Counted from the stretch's first letter, positions 9,869-19,292 are shown. The stretch is DNA of 64,000 nt from Roseobacter sp. (GCA_015665415.1 JADFAE010000012.1:56584-120583), one strand, 5' to 3'. The notes: a model not told the origin generated them from the sequence alone. Made by a program: numbers and translations.

Positions 9869-10709
9869 TCTATCTGTCCGCTCAATCGTCTCTGCGCTGC
9901 CGGTTGCAAGTTTCCTTGCCGCTCTGACAGGTGCCGTGGCTCCGGCCTCTGCGCATGAGTTTTGGATCGAGCCGGAAAAATATCAAGTCAATTCCGACGA
10001 TTCACTAAAGTTGGGGCTCAGAAACGGGCAAATGTTCAAAGGGGCCCGCCTGCCCTATTTTGCCAATCGCACCCGGCGCTTTGATTGGATTCAGGGCGAT
10101 CAGCTCACACCTTACCAGGGGCGCATGGGCGATATGCCCGCCATGGTTTTGCAGGATGTGCAACCCGGGTTGCTGATTGCACTGCATGAGACCACCCCGG
10201 ATTTGATCACCTATGACAGCTGGGACAAATTTGCGGAGTTCGCCGAGGAAAAGGGATTTGGCGAGTTGCGTGACCGTCAGGCCCGGCGCGCTCTACCTGA
10301 AAGCGGATTTACTGAACGCTACAGCCGCCACGCAAAGCTGCTGGTCTCTGTTGGCCATGGCGCAGGCCGCGACCGGGCCTTTGGGCTGGAGACCGAATTC
10401 GTGGCCCTGCAAAACCCCTATGCTCTAAGTCCTAGGGAGGCTCAGGGCGAGACTGCGGCAAACCTGCCCCTGCGTCTGCTCTATCAGGCAAACCCCCGTG
10501 CAAACGCCCAGGTGGAAATCTATGAACGCGCCCCGGATGGGGCTGTGCGGCGCAGTCTGGCGCAGACCGATGCCAAGGGAGAGGTGCAGGTCCCGCTGCG
10601 CAGCAACCACTCCTATCTGCTGAATGCCGTGGTCCTGCGCCCTGTCAGCAACGACCCAGAGGCGGTTTGGGAAACGCTTTGGGCCTCCCTGGTCTTTGCC
10701 CTGCCCTGA
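9861..10709 (+). CDS. DUF4198 domain periplasmic protein (Ni/Co-associated)
   Basis: Signal peptide then HEFWIEP; ERYSRHAK, EFVALQNPY, TDAKGEV, WASLVF. Confidence 0.82.
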   Translation: MPNLSVRSIVSALPVASFLAALTGAVAPASAHEFWIEPEKYQVNSDDSLKLGLRNGQMFKGARLPYFANRTRRFDWIQGDQLTPYQGRMGDMPAMVLQDVQPGLLIALHETTPDLITYDSWDKFAEFAEEKGFGELRDRQARRALPESGFTERYSRHAKLLVSVGHGAGRDRAFGLETEFVALQNPYALSPREAQGETAANLPLRLLYQANPRANAQVEIYERAPDGAVRRSLAQTDAKGEVQVPLRSNHSYLLNAVVLRPVSNDPEAVWETLWASLVFALP

Positions 10710-10784
10710 GCCTCAGTCCAGCGCGCGATTGTCTTTTGCCGCTAGCAGCTTGCGGGACGGTGCAAAAGAGGCAATAGAGATCAC

Positions 10785-11717
10785 ATGACACAGGATGCTT
10801 CATCTCCCGCCACTGCGCCCAAAGCTTCGGTGCAGGTGCTTTGTATCGGTTCCGTGCTTTGGGACATCATCGGTCGCAGTCCGGCTGAGATGCGCCGGGG
10901 CTCTGACATGCCCGGACGTATCACCCGGCTGCCTGGCGGCGTGGCGATGAATATCGCCATGACACTTGCGCGCTTTGGGCTGCAGCCCTCGCTGCTCAGC
11001 ACGGTTGGTCGTGACCCAGAGGGCGACGAGCTGATTGCCGCCTGCGCGCATCTTGGCTGTCGCACCGAATATTTGTATCGCTCTGACGATCTGCCCACTG
11101 ACCGCTACATGGCGGTGGAAGGTGGCAATGGGTTGATCGCGGCCATTGCCGATGCCCACTCGCTGGAGGCCGCAGGCGACAAGATCCTGCAGCCTCTGTT
11201 GGATGGCACACTTGGCACGGCTCGGACCCCCTATGCTGGCATCATCGCGCTGGACGGCAATCTGACGCTGACGCTGCTGGGCGAGATTGCCTCCAACCCG
11301 GGCTTTGCCAAGGCCGATTTGCGGGTTGCCCCGGCCTCCCCCGGCAAGGCCGAACGCCTGCGCCCCTTTTTGTTGCATAGCCGTGGTACATTATATGTGA
11401 ACCTCGAAGAGGCTGGCATCCTGTGTCAGGACAGATTCACCGACAGCAAAAGCGCCGCCTTGGCCCTGTTGGATCGCGGCGCATCCCGCGTATTGGTTAC
11501 CGACGGTGGCGCTTCGGCCAGCGAGGCAAGTGCCCATACGATGACCGCCATCACCCAAAAACCGCCGCGTGTCACGGTGGCCCGCGTCACCGGGGCCGGC
11601 GATACCTTCATGGCCGCCCATATTGCCGCCGAAGCACGCGGCGAAGACCGTCAAGCGGCGCTGTCTTCGGCACTGCAGGCCGCTGCTACCTATGTTTCAG
11701 GAGAACCCCCACTGTGA
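10785..11717 (+). CDS. psuK: PfkB family kinase, pseudouridine kinase
   Basis: PGGVAMNIA and VTGAGDTF motifs; GTGA overlap with psuG. Confidence 0.8.
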   Translation: MTQDASSPATAPKASVQVLCIGSVLWDIIGRSPAEMRRGSDMPGRITRLPGGVAMNIAMTLARFGLQPSLLSTVGRDPEGDELIAACAHLGCRTEYLYRSDDLPTDRYMAVEGGNGLIAAIADAHSLEAAGDKILQPLLDGTLGTARTPYAGIIALDGNLTLTLLGEIASNPGFAKADLRVAPASPGKAERLRPFLLHSRGTLYVNLEEAGILCQDRFTDSKSAALALLDRGASRVLVTDGGASASEASAHTMTAITQKPPRVTVARVTGAGDTFMAAHIAAEARGEDRQAALSSALQAAATYVSGEPPL

Positions 11718-12628
11718 TCGACATCCGCTATAGCGCCGAAGTGCGCGCAGCTCAGGCTGCGGGCAGCGCAATTGTCGCGCTCGAAAGCACCATCATCACC
11801 CATGGCATGCCCTACCCACAAAATGTTGAAGTGGCGGCCCAGGTGGAGCAGGACATCCGCGATGCAGGCGCAACGCCTGCGACCATCGCGGTGCTCGACG
11901 GGGTTTTGCATGTAGGGCTCGAACCGGAGCAATTGCAAGCACTGGGCCAAGCCAAGAATGTGGCCAAAGTCTCGCGTGCGGATATACCGGCCTGCATTGC
12001 CATTGGACGGACAGGTGCGACAACCGTTGCTGCCACCATGATTGCCGCCCGCCTGGCCGGGATCCAGGTCTTTGCCACCGGTGGTATTGGCGGCGTTCAC
12101 AAGGGCGCTGAAACCAGCTTTGACATCTCTGCCGATCTGATGGAGCTGGCGCAGACCGCCGTGACCGTTGTTGCAGCCGGCGCCAAGGCCATTCTGGACA
12201 TTCCCAAAACACTGGAAATTCTGGAAACTCAAGGGGTTCCGGTGATTGCCTATGGTCAGGACAGCTTTCCCGCCTTCTGGTCGGCGCAGTCTGATCTTTC
12301 GGCGCCTTTGCGCATGGACAGCGCGGCGGAGATCGCCCGAGCCCATTTCACCCGCGGCGCCATGGGATTGCCTGGTGGTCAGTTGATTGCCAATCCAATC
12401 CCGGCCGAGGCGGAAATTGCCGCCGAAACCCTGGCCCCGGTGATTGCCCAGGCCCAAAGCGAAGCTGATGCGCAGGGCGTGACGGGCAAGGCGGTCACCC
12501 CGTTCCTGCTGCAGCGCATTTTTGAGCTGACCGAAGGGCGCTCGCTGACAGCCAATATCGCTTTGGTGCGCAACAACGCCCGGCTTGCCTCTGAAATTGC
12601 CAAAGACCTGGTCACGCTTAACGCCTAG
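11714..12628 (+). CDS. psuG: Pseudouridine-5'-phosphate glycosidase
   Basis: GTG start; VALESTIITHGMPYP, ATTVAATM, FATGGIGGVH, GKAVTPFLL. Confidence 0.95.
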   Translation: MIDIRYSAEVRAAQAAGSAIVALESTIITHGMPYPQNVEVAAQVEQDIRDAGATPATIAVLDGVLHVGLEPEQLQALGQAKNVAKVSRADIPACIAIGRTGATTVAATMIAARLAGIQVFATGGIGGVHKGAETSFDISADLMELAQTAVTVVAAGAKAILDIPKTLEILETQGVPVIAYGQDSFPAFWSAQSDLSAPLRMDSAAEIARAHFTRGAMGLPGGQLIANPIPAEAEIAAETLAPVIAQAQSEADAQGVTGKAVTPFLLQRIFELTEGRSLTANIALVRNNARLASEIAKDLVTLNA

Positions 12629-12709
12629 TGTCACTTTCCTTGGCCTCTCCCATTGCTCTGGGCGGGCTCAGTACCTAGGTTCTGCTTAACCTCCAAATGA
12701 TTGTTTCTG

Positions 12710-13414
12710 ATGACCACACCTTTTGACGAAGAACCGCAACGCCATCGCCCCGGCCTCTTTGCCAGGCTACGCTCCTCGTTTTTCACCGGGATTGTGGTCA
12801 TTGCGCCCGTCGGGCTGACCATCTGGCTGCTGTGGACGGTGATGGGCTGGGTCGATTCAGTGGTATTGCCGCTTGTGCCGCACACGATTACGCCAGAGCA
12901 ATATATCGGCATCAACCTGCGCGGCGTTGGGCTGATTTTCTTTTTCTTGTTCACCATCGTCATCGGTTGGATCGCCAAGGGGATCATTGGGCGCTCGCTG
13001 ATTGGCTTTGCAGAGAACTTGGTGCAACGCATGCCTGTGGTGCGCACGATCTATTCCGGCATCAAGCAGATCTCGGAGACGGTATTTGCCCAATCAGAGC
13101 GCAGCTTTGAAAAGGCCTGCCTGATCCAATACCCGCGTCGCGGCATCTGGGCGATCGGCTTTATTTCAACCACAGCCAAGGGCGAGGTCTCAGAGCGCAC
13201 CGAAACCACAGGGGCCTTGATGAGCGTCTTTCTTCCGACCACGCCAAACCCGACCTCCGGATTCCTGCTGTTTGTGCCCAAGGAAGATGTCATCGAGCTG
13301 GAGATGAGCGTGGAAGATGCCGCCAAATTGGTGATCTCTGCCGGTTTGGTCTACCCTAACGCCAAGGACCCGAGCAGCCCTGACCCCGCAGCGGATCTGT
13401 CCCCCTCGGAGTGA
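12710..13414 (+). CDS. DUF502 domain membrane protein
   Basis: FFTGIVVIAP, YSGIKQ, VFLPTTPNPTSGF, KLVISAG. Confidence 0.88.
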   Translation: MTTPFDEEPQRHRPGLFARLRSSFFTGIVVIAPVGLTIWLLWTVMGWVDSVVLPLVPHTITPEQYIGINLRGVGLIFFFLFTIVIGWIAKGIIGRSLIGFAENLVQRMPVVRTIYSGIKQISETVFAQSERSFEKACLIQYPRRGIWAIGFISTTAKGEVSERTETTGALMSVFLPTTPNPTSGFLLFVPKEDVIELEMSVEDAAKLVISAGLVYPNAKDPSSPDPAADLSPSE

Positions 13415-13446
13415 TCTTGCGGGACACACATTCGCAGACAAAATCA

Positions 13447-13479
13447 AAAAACGGGAAGGCGCGTTGGCCTTCCCGTTTT
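13447..13479. terminator. Bidirectional terminator between DUF502 and bdhA
   Basis: AAAAACGGGAAGGC-N6-GCCTTCCCGTTTT. Confidence 0.85.
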
Positions 13480-13504
13480 GTTCATTTGGTGCCGTCAGTT
13501 CAGA

Positions 13505-14281
13505 TCAAAGTGCGGTCCAGCCACCGTCCACGCTGAGGGTGGTGCCAGTAATCTGGGCCGCCGCATCAGAGCAGAAAAACACAGTCGAGCCGCCCAGCTG
13601 TTCGACGGTGGCAAATTCGCGTGAGGGCTGACGCTCCAGCATTACCTTCTTGATCACATCTTCCCGGCTCATGTCGTATTTCTTCATGGTGTCGGGGATC
13701 TGCGCTTCGACCAGGGGAGTCAGTACATATCCCGGGCAGATGGCGTTGCAGGTGATGGGGTCTTCGGCGGTTTCCAGAGCGACAGTCTTGGTCAGGCCGA
13801 CAACCCCATGTTTGGCTGCCACATAGGCCGATTTGAACGGCGAAGCGGTCAGCCCATGGGCAGAGGCGATATTGACCACCCGGCCCCAGCCGGCAGCGCG
13901 CATCATCGGCACCGCCACCGCAGTGGTGTGAAAGGCTGAACTGAGGTTGATGGCAATAATGGCGTCCCAGCTTTCTGTTGGGAAATCCTCGACCGGCGAA
14001 ACATGTTGGATCCCGGCGTTGTTGACCAGAATATCACAGGCCCCGGCTTCCTTGATCAGGTCCCGGCATTCTTGGGCCTTGGACATGTCAGCTGCGAGAT
14101 AGCGGGCGGAGACGCCAAACTCCGTCGCGATCTGGGCCGCCAGTTCGTGATCCTGCGCCCGGTCGGTAAAGGAGTTCAGGACGACATCCGCCCCGGCGCG
14201 CGCCAATTCCCGCGCAATGCCAAGCCCGATACCTGAATTGGACCCGGTAATCACCGCCGTTTTCCCCTGGAGCGTCATCAT
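13505..14281 (-). CDS. bdhA: D-3-hydroxybutyrate dehydrogenase (SDR)
   Basis: TGSNSGIG, NNAGIQHV, SAHGL, YVAAKHG, ICPGYVLTPLV. Confidence 0.92.
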   Translation of the reverse strand: MMTLQGKTAVITGSNSGIGLGIARELARAGADVVLNSFTDRAQDHELAAQIATEFGVSARYLAADMSKAQECRDLIKEAGACDILVNNAGIQHVSPVEDFPTESWDAIIAINLSSAFHTTAVAVPMMRAAGWGRVVNIASAHGLTASPFKSAYVAAKHGVVGLTKTVALETAEDPITCNAICPGYVLTPLVEAQIPDTMKKYDMSREDVIKKVMLERQPSREFATVEQLGGSTVFFCSDAAAQITGTTLSVDGGWTAL

Positions 14282-14505
14282 GTATCCCTTTCCTATTCCG
14301 TCAAACAAGTTAAGCGACACTGTGCCATGCTGCAGGCGCAAAGGAAACGCGTAGGACTACGTAGAACGTCCCAACGCGATAGCGCTATCGTGAGACCAAT
14401 GGGGCGTCCTTCACCTGGCAGCCGCCTGTCTCGGGGCTGCCAATCGGATGGGGGCTTTCAGGGAGCGCAAGCAGTCTGCCGTGGTCTCATATGGAGACAG
14501 CCGCC

Positions 14506-14581
14506 AAAAAAAACGCCCGCACGAAGCGGGCGTAAAGTTATTGAGGCAGGTTTCATACAGGCAAGAAACCTATCGAGCAGT
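14506..14581 (-). ncRNA. Candidate small RNA (~76 nt) with two hairpins and a U8 intrinsic terminator
   Basis: Predicted sequence ACUGCUCGAUAGGUUUCUUGCCUGUAUGAAACCUGCCUCAAUAACUUUACGCCCGCUUCGUGCGGGCGUUUUUUUU; stems AGGUUUC/GAAACCU and ACGCCCGC/GCGGGCGU; sigma70-like promoter directly upstream; no ORF inside. Confidence 0.7.
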
Positions 14582-14587
14582 GATCTC

Positions 14588-14616
14588 TTTATAAGCAATT
14601 TGGAGCTTTCATCCAA
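14588..14616 (-). promoter_or_regulatory. sigma70-type promoter TTGGAT-N17-TATAAA
   Basis: -35 at 14611-14616, -10 at 14588-14593, 17-nt spacer; predicted +1 A at 14581. Confidence 0.65.
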
Positions 14617-14696
14617 GCTAAAAGTTTGTAATGACAGAGATGCACCCATGAGGCGTAGACCCAGGAAAACAAGGGTAGAGCGGGATTGTTGCCAAA

Positions 14697-16514
14697 GTGA
14701 AGCCAGATTTTTTCCAGAACTTGAAAGTTATAACTGCGGGAATCACGCTGTTTGGAGGCGTGCATTTTGCACAGGCAGAATCATCTCATGGCATAGCTAT
14801 GTATGGTGCCCCAGCTCTACCACCGGATTTTGTGTCTTTACCCTATGCCAACCCTCTGGCGCCCAAGGGCGGCAAAGTGGTCTTTGGCAACACCGGCGGT
14901 TTTGACACGCTCAATCCTTTTGCCCAGAAAGGAACCCCACCCTGGCAGCTCAGGTTCTGGGGATACGAGAGTCTCATGGGACGGTCCTGGGACGAAGCAT
15001 TCTCTCTTTACGGGCTCTTGGCCGAATCAATTGAAGTGCCCGAGGACCGATCCTGGGTCGAATTCACCCTCCGCAGGGAGGCACGATTCTCCGATGGCAG
15101 CCCTGTCACGGTCGAGGATGTGATCTGGTCCTATGAGACCCTGGGCACCAAAGGACACCTACGGTATCGCGGGTTCTGGAGCAAGGTCGATGAAATCCGA
15201 CAGACTGGGCCCCTTAGCTTGCGCATCACCTTTAATACCGCCGATCGCGAACTAGCCTTGATTGCGGGCATGCGGCCGATTTTGCAAAAGGCACAGTGGG
15301 AGGGCAAAGACTTTGCCGCCTCTGGCCTGTCCGAGGCCCCCATCGGCACCGGTGCCTATGTCGTCGAAGATTTTGAGCCCGAGCGACAGCTCACCCTGCG
15401 GCGCAATCCCGACTATTGGGGCAAGGATTTGCCGTTTCGGCGGGGCACCCAGAATTTTGATGAGATGCGGATCGACTTTTTTGGCGACCAGACCGTCCTG
15501 TTCGAGGCCTTCAAAGCCGGAGAGCTGACAACCTACCGCGAATTCAACGCTGAAAAATGGGCTAGCGCCTATGGGTTTGCCGCTGTTGTCGATGGCCGGA
15601 TTGTCAAAAGTGAAATCCCCCATCAGCGCCCCACTGGCATGACCGGCCTAGCCTTCAACACCCGGCGTGTGCCGCTGGATGACTGGCGCGTGCGCGAGGC
15701 CCTGCTGCTGGCTTTCAATTTCGAATTCATAAACGAGACCATCACTGGTGGTGTTCAGCCACGCATTCAGTCCTATTTTTCCAATTCAAATCTTGGACTG
15801 CGTCCGGGGCCTGCCACTGGACAGGTCGCGGCCTATCTCGCCCCCTATGCTGGCGCGTTGTTGCCGGGAACGCTGGAGGGCTATGCCCTGCCGCAAAGCG
15901 ATGGAACAAAACGCAATCGAAAGAACCTGCGTAAAGCCATGGCGCTACTGGAGGACGCTGGTTGGCACGTGCAGGATGGGGTCTTGCGCAACGCAAAAGG
16001 GCGTGCGCTGGATCTGACCGTCCTGCTGCGTCAGGGTGACGGCGAGATGAAGACCGTGGTGGAAATCTATGCCCGCGCGTTGGAACGGCTTGGCATCACT
16101 CTAACGCCGGAATTGGTGGACAATGCGCAATATGTCGGGCGTCAGAACGAGTTTGATTTCGATCTCACCCGGGTGCGGCGTGAATTGTCGCTGAGCCCGG
16201 GAAATGAGCAAAGACTGTATTGGGGGGCCGCAGGCGCTGGCCAGCCCGGCAGCCGCAATCTGATGGGAATTTCCTCTGCGGCGGTGGACGCGATGATAGA
16301 TCACATGCTCACGGTCGAGGAGCCAGAGGATTTTGTCGCCGCGACCCGGGCCCTCGACAGGTTGCTGACCGCAGGTCGCTATGTGATCCCGATCTGGAGT
16401 TTCGACAAGGGACGCATCGCCCATGCAAAAGAGCTGCACTTCCCGGACAAGCTACCGATCTATGGCGATCGCACTGGGTTCATGCCCGATGTTTGGTGGT
16501 ATCAGGCCGACTAG
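14697..16514 (+). CDS. Peptide ABC transporter substrate-binding protein, family 5 (YejA-like)
   Basis: HGIAMYG, YANPLAPKGG, FDTLNPF, YGLLAES, ARFSDG, RRNPDYWG; signal peptide. Confidence 0.92.
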   Translation: MKPDFFQNLKVITAGITLFGGVHFAQAESSHGIAMYGAPALPPDFVSLPYANPLAPKGGKVVFGNTGGFDTLNPFAQKGTPPWQLRFWGYESLMGRSWDEAFSLYGLLAESIEVPEDRSWVEFTLRREARFSDGSPVTVEDVIWSYETLGTKGHLRYRGFWSKVDEIRQTGPLSLRITFNTADRELALIAGMRPILQKAQWEGKDFAASGLSEAPIGTGAYVVEDFEPERQLTLRRNPDYWGKDLPFRRGTQNFDEMRIDFFGDQTVLFEAFKAGELTTYREFNAEKWASAYGFAAVVDGRIVKSEIPHQRPTGMTGLAFNTRRVPLDDWRVREALLLAFNFEFINETITGGVQPRIQSYFSNSNLGLRPGPATGQVAAYLAPYAGALLPGTLEGYALPQSDGTKRNRKNLRKAMALLEDAGWHVQDGVLRNAKGRALDLTVLLRQGDGEMKTVVEIYARALERLGITLTPELVDNAQYVGRQNEFDFDLTRVRRELSLSPGNEQRLYWGAAGAGQPGSRNLMGISSAAVDAMIDHMLTVEEPEDFVAATRALDRLLTAGRYVIPIWSFDKGRIAHAKELHFPDKLPIYGDRTGFMPDVWWYQAD

Positions 16515-16721
16515 CGTCAGGCTGAGGCGTGAAGCGGTTGAAATCAGTTTTTCAGGCGGCTACACGCCAATTTCGACATCTGTGTTGCACGGGTTCATCG
16601 GTATGAAAACCGGCGGAAACCTGCGTTTGCGCGCACCCTCAACACTCCTGCGTTCCATTTTTTCCCATTTTTGCTATAGTGGCCTGCACGAAAGGTCATT
16701 GTTTCGATAGGGGCACCAGTC

Positions 16722-16943
16722 ATGACGATCCCTCAAGCTTCGATGCGCTGGGACAGAATGTATCCACGCGCCAAACAGCGGTTCCCGCATTTGCGGTCCG
16801 AAAGCGTTCCCAGCCTGGCAGGGGATCGCGACGGCTTTGTCGCCTATCTCGCGCGCACCCATCACCTGACCCTGCGCGAGGCCCGCGAGGAGGTGGACGA
16901 TTTTCTCTTTACCGAAAGCCTGCATGCTGAGCTTGATACCTAA
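16722..16943 (+). CDS. Small hypothetical protein, CsbD/YjbJ-like helical pattern
   Basis: AGGGG RBS; GDRDGFVAYLARTHHLTLREAREEVDDF parallels the YjbJ segment GKRDQLVGKIQERYG...QAEKEV. Confidence 0.6.
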   Translation: MTIPQASMRWDRMYPRAKQRFPHLRSESVPSLAGDRDGFVAYLARTHHLTLREAREEVDDFLFTESLHAELDT

Positions 16944-17092
16944 GAGTGTTAGAGTTCCGGCTAATCCATTGGTGCTGAAATACAACTTCTCCTGTGAGAC
17001 ATCCTTCCACTGACCGCTGTCCACGGCCTTTGACCACAGCGTGCCATTGGTGTGTTGGAGTATTATCCGGACCGTGGTCCAAATGGAGCGTA

Positions 17093-17716
17093 TTACGCCA
17101 GCGAGGTCACCCAGAGAATGGTGGCATCTTCCGGGCTGGTCGAAATCACGTTATGCCCCATAGCGGCATCGTAATAGGCACTGTCGCCACGGCGCATTTC
17201 AACGGGTTCATAGAACTCGGTATAGAGTTTGACGACACCGGTCAGCACATAGAGAAACTCTTCGCCGTCGTGACGCACCCAACCATCGAATTCTTCCATC
17301 GATCGGGCACGAACCCGGGCCCGATACGGCAGCATCTGTTTGCGCCGCAGACCTTCGGCCAGCAATTCATGCTCATAGGTGGCAGTGGCCTGGGCTGAGC
17401 CCTCGTTCAGCTTGGTCACGGTCATGCGGCCATTGACCTGATCGCGCTGCGGCTGCGTAAACAGCTGCGGCACCGAGATCTGCAAACCAACAGCGAGTTT
17501 TTTCAACGCCTCATAAGTGGGCGACATCTGGCCGTTTTCGATTTTCGACAGGGTAGAGCGTGCCAGGCCAGCCTGATTTGCCGCATGTTCCAATGTCCAA
17601 TCCCGTGCCTTGCGCAATTCCCGCACGCGGGCACCAAGATCTAGTGGTTCGGCCTCGCCGTCGTCGCCATTGGCACGCGCGATGGTAATCAGGGATTTGG
17701 GGTCTGTTCCGGTCAT
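17093..17716 (-). CDS. XRE-family HTH plus cupin transcriptional regulator
   Basis: LGARVRELR...TLEHAANQAGLARSTLSKIENG; cupin HDGEEFLYVLTG...GDSAYY...H. Confidence 0.92.
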   Translation of the reverse strand: MTGTDPKSLITIARANGDDGEAEPLDLGARVRELRKARDWTLEHAANQAGLARSTLSKIENGQMSPTYEALKKLAVGLQISVPQLFTQPQRDQVNGRMTVTKLNEGSAQATATYEHELLAEGLRRKQMLPYRARVRARSMEEFDGWVRHDGEEFLYVLTGVVKLYTEFYEPVEMRRGDSAYYDAAMGHNVISTSPEDATILWVTSLA

Positions 17717-17780
17717 GTTGCTTCTATATGACGCCCGGTGCCCGCTTGCAACGCAGCACTTGAAGGGCTAGCCAAAGGAT

Positions 17781-19289
17781 ATGTTGTCGATCTTTGACCA
17801 AGGTGCCTTTGCGCCCTGCCCTTCGCCCTTCAATCTGGCGGCCCATGTGCTGCGTCATGCCAGCGATCTTGCAGACAAGCCTGCGCTGGAGGTGATCGGC
17901 AGCCACGGCTGTGAAAGCTGGAGCTATTCCCTGCTGGAAGCCGCAGTGCGTGGTACCGGGACCGGGTTGCTGGACAGTGGACTGCGCCCCGGCGACATCC
18001 TGTTGATGCGGCTGGGCAATACGGTGGATTTTCCAATTGCCTACCTCGGTGCCATTGCCGCCGGTCTGGTGCCGGTGCCCACCTCGGCAGAGCTGACCGA
18101 AGGTGAGACCGCCAAGATGATCGAGGATCTGGATGCGGCGGCCGTGCTGCGGGATCCAGAGGTCGCCTGCGCGCCCCATTCCAGGCAGATCCTTTTGCCT
18201 GCGCTGCAACAGATGCGGGGCTTGCCCGCCTGCAGCTATGATCTCGGTGATCCAGAGCGTATGGCCTATGCGGTCTATACCTCGGGCACCAGTGGCTCTC
18301 CACGTGCCGTCGCCCATGCCCATCGTGCAATCTGGGCCCGTCAGATGATGATCCGGGATTGGTATGATCTTACCCCAGATGATCGCCTGCTGCATGCCGG
18401 TGCCTTCAATTGGACCTTCACCCTGGGCACCGGGTTGATGGATCCTTGGGCCATGGGGGCCACTGCCCTGATCCCAGAACCGGGGACAGATCCCGGCGAT
18501 CTTCCCGGCCTTCTCCGCCAACATCAGGCCAGTATTTTTGCTGCCGCACCAGGTGTTTATCGAAAGCTTTTAAAGGGCAGTGCCTCTTTGGATCTGCCCG
18601 ATCTGCGCCATGGGCTGTGCGCGGGCGAGAAGCTCTCTGCGCATCTGCACGCCAACTGGCGGCAGCGCAGCCAGACCGAGTTGTACGAGGCCTATGGCAT
18701 GTCGGAATGCTCAACCTTCATTTCCTCCAGCCCCAATCACCCCGCCCGTGGCGAGGCCCTGGGCCAGCCGCAGCCGGGGCGCAGGGTTGCCATCCTGGGT
18801 CCCGACGGTCCGGTCGAGCAAGGCACAGAAGGCACAATTGCCATCGCCGAAAGCGACCCCGGTCTGATGCTTGGATATCTCAACGCAGCCGAAGAAACTG
18901 CCGCCCGTATGCAGGGCGGCTGGTTTCTGACCGGGGACCAGGGGTCGATGACCCCCGATGGTCAAATCAGCTATCTGGGTCGTGCGGATGACATGATGAA
19001 TGCGGGGGGCTTTCGGGTCTCTCCTATCGAAGTGGAAACCCGGCTTTCGGCCCACCCCGGCATAACCCAGGTCGGGGTGACCGCAGTCGAGGTGAAGACA
19101 GACAGCTTTATCATCGTGGCCTTCTACACCGGTCCCAAAGAAGTGAATACGGAGGAGCTGCAGGATTTTGCCTCTGCGCATCTTGCGCGCTACAAGCAGC
19201 CACGCGCCTATGTGCATCTCGACTCGCTGCCCACAGGTGCCAATGGCAAACTGCTGCGCCGTGCCCTGCCCGCCTATTTCAAAGGATAA
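17781..19289 (+). CDS. Acyl-CoA synthetase / class I adenylate-forming enzyme
   Basis: YTSGTSGSP, EAYGMSE, TGD, GRADDMM, PTGANGK. Confidence 0.92.
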   Translation: MLSIFDQGAFAPCPSPFNLAAHVLRHASDLADKPALEVIGSHGCESWSYSLLEAAVRGTGTGLLDSGLRPGDILLMRLGNTVDFPIAYLGAIAAGLVPVPTSAELTEGETAKMIEDLDAAAVLRDPEVACAPHSRQILLPALQQMRGLPACSYDLGDPERMAYAVYTSGTSGSPRAVAHAHRAIWARQMMIRDWYDLTPDDRLLHAGAFNWTFTLGTGLMDPWAMGATALIPEPGTDPGDLPGLLRQHQASIFAAAPGVYRKLLKGSASLDLPDLRHGLCAGEKLSAHLHANWRQRSQTELYEAYGMSECSTFISSSPNHPARGEALGQPQPGRRVAILGPDGPVEQGTEGTIAIAESDPGLMLGYLNAAEETAARMQGGWFLTGDQGSMTPDGQISYLGRADDMMNAGGFRVSPIEVETRLSAHPGITQVGVTAVEVKTDSFIIVAFYTGPKEVNTEELQDFASAHLARYKQPRAYVHLDSLPTGANGKLLRRALPAYFKG

Positions 19290-19292
19290 CCC

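Noticed and set aside
14342-14500. Possible known riboswitch or housekeeping RNA (TPP, FMN, glycine, cobalamin, 6S, SRP, RNase P)
   Set aside because: None of the diagnostic conserved motifs could be matched on either strand.
14327-14905. 192-aa plus-strand ORF and 63-aa minus-strand ORF (14458-14649) across the bdhA-yejA gap
   Set aside because: No RBS, atypical composition, and they cross the terminator hairpin or overlap the YejA-like gene in another frame; the RNA-gene reading explains the region better.
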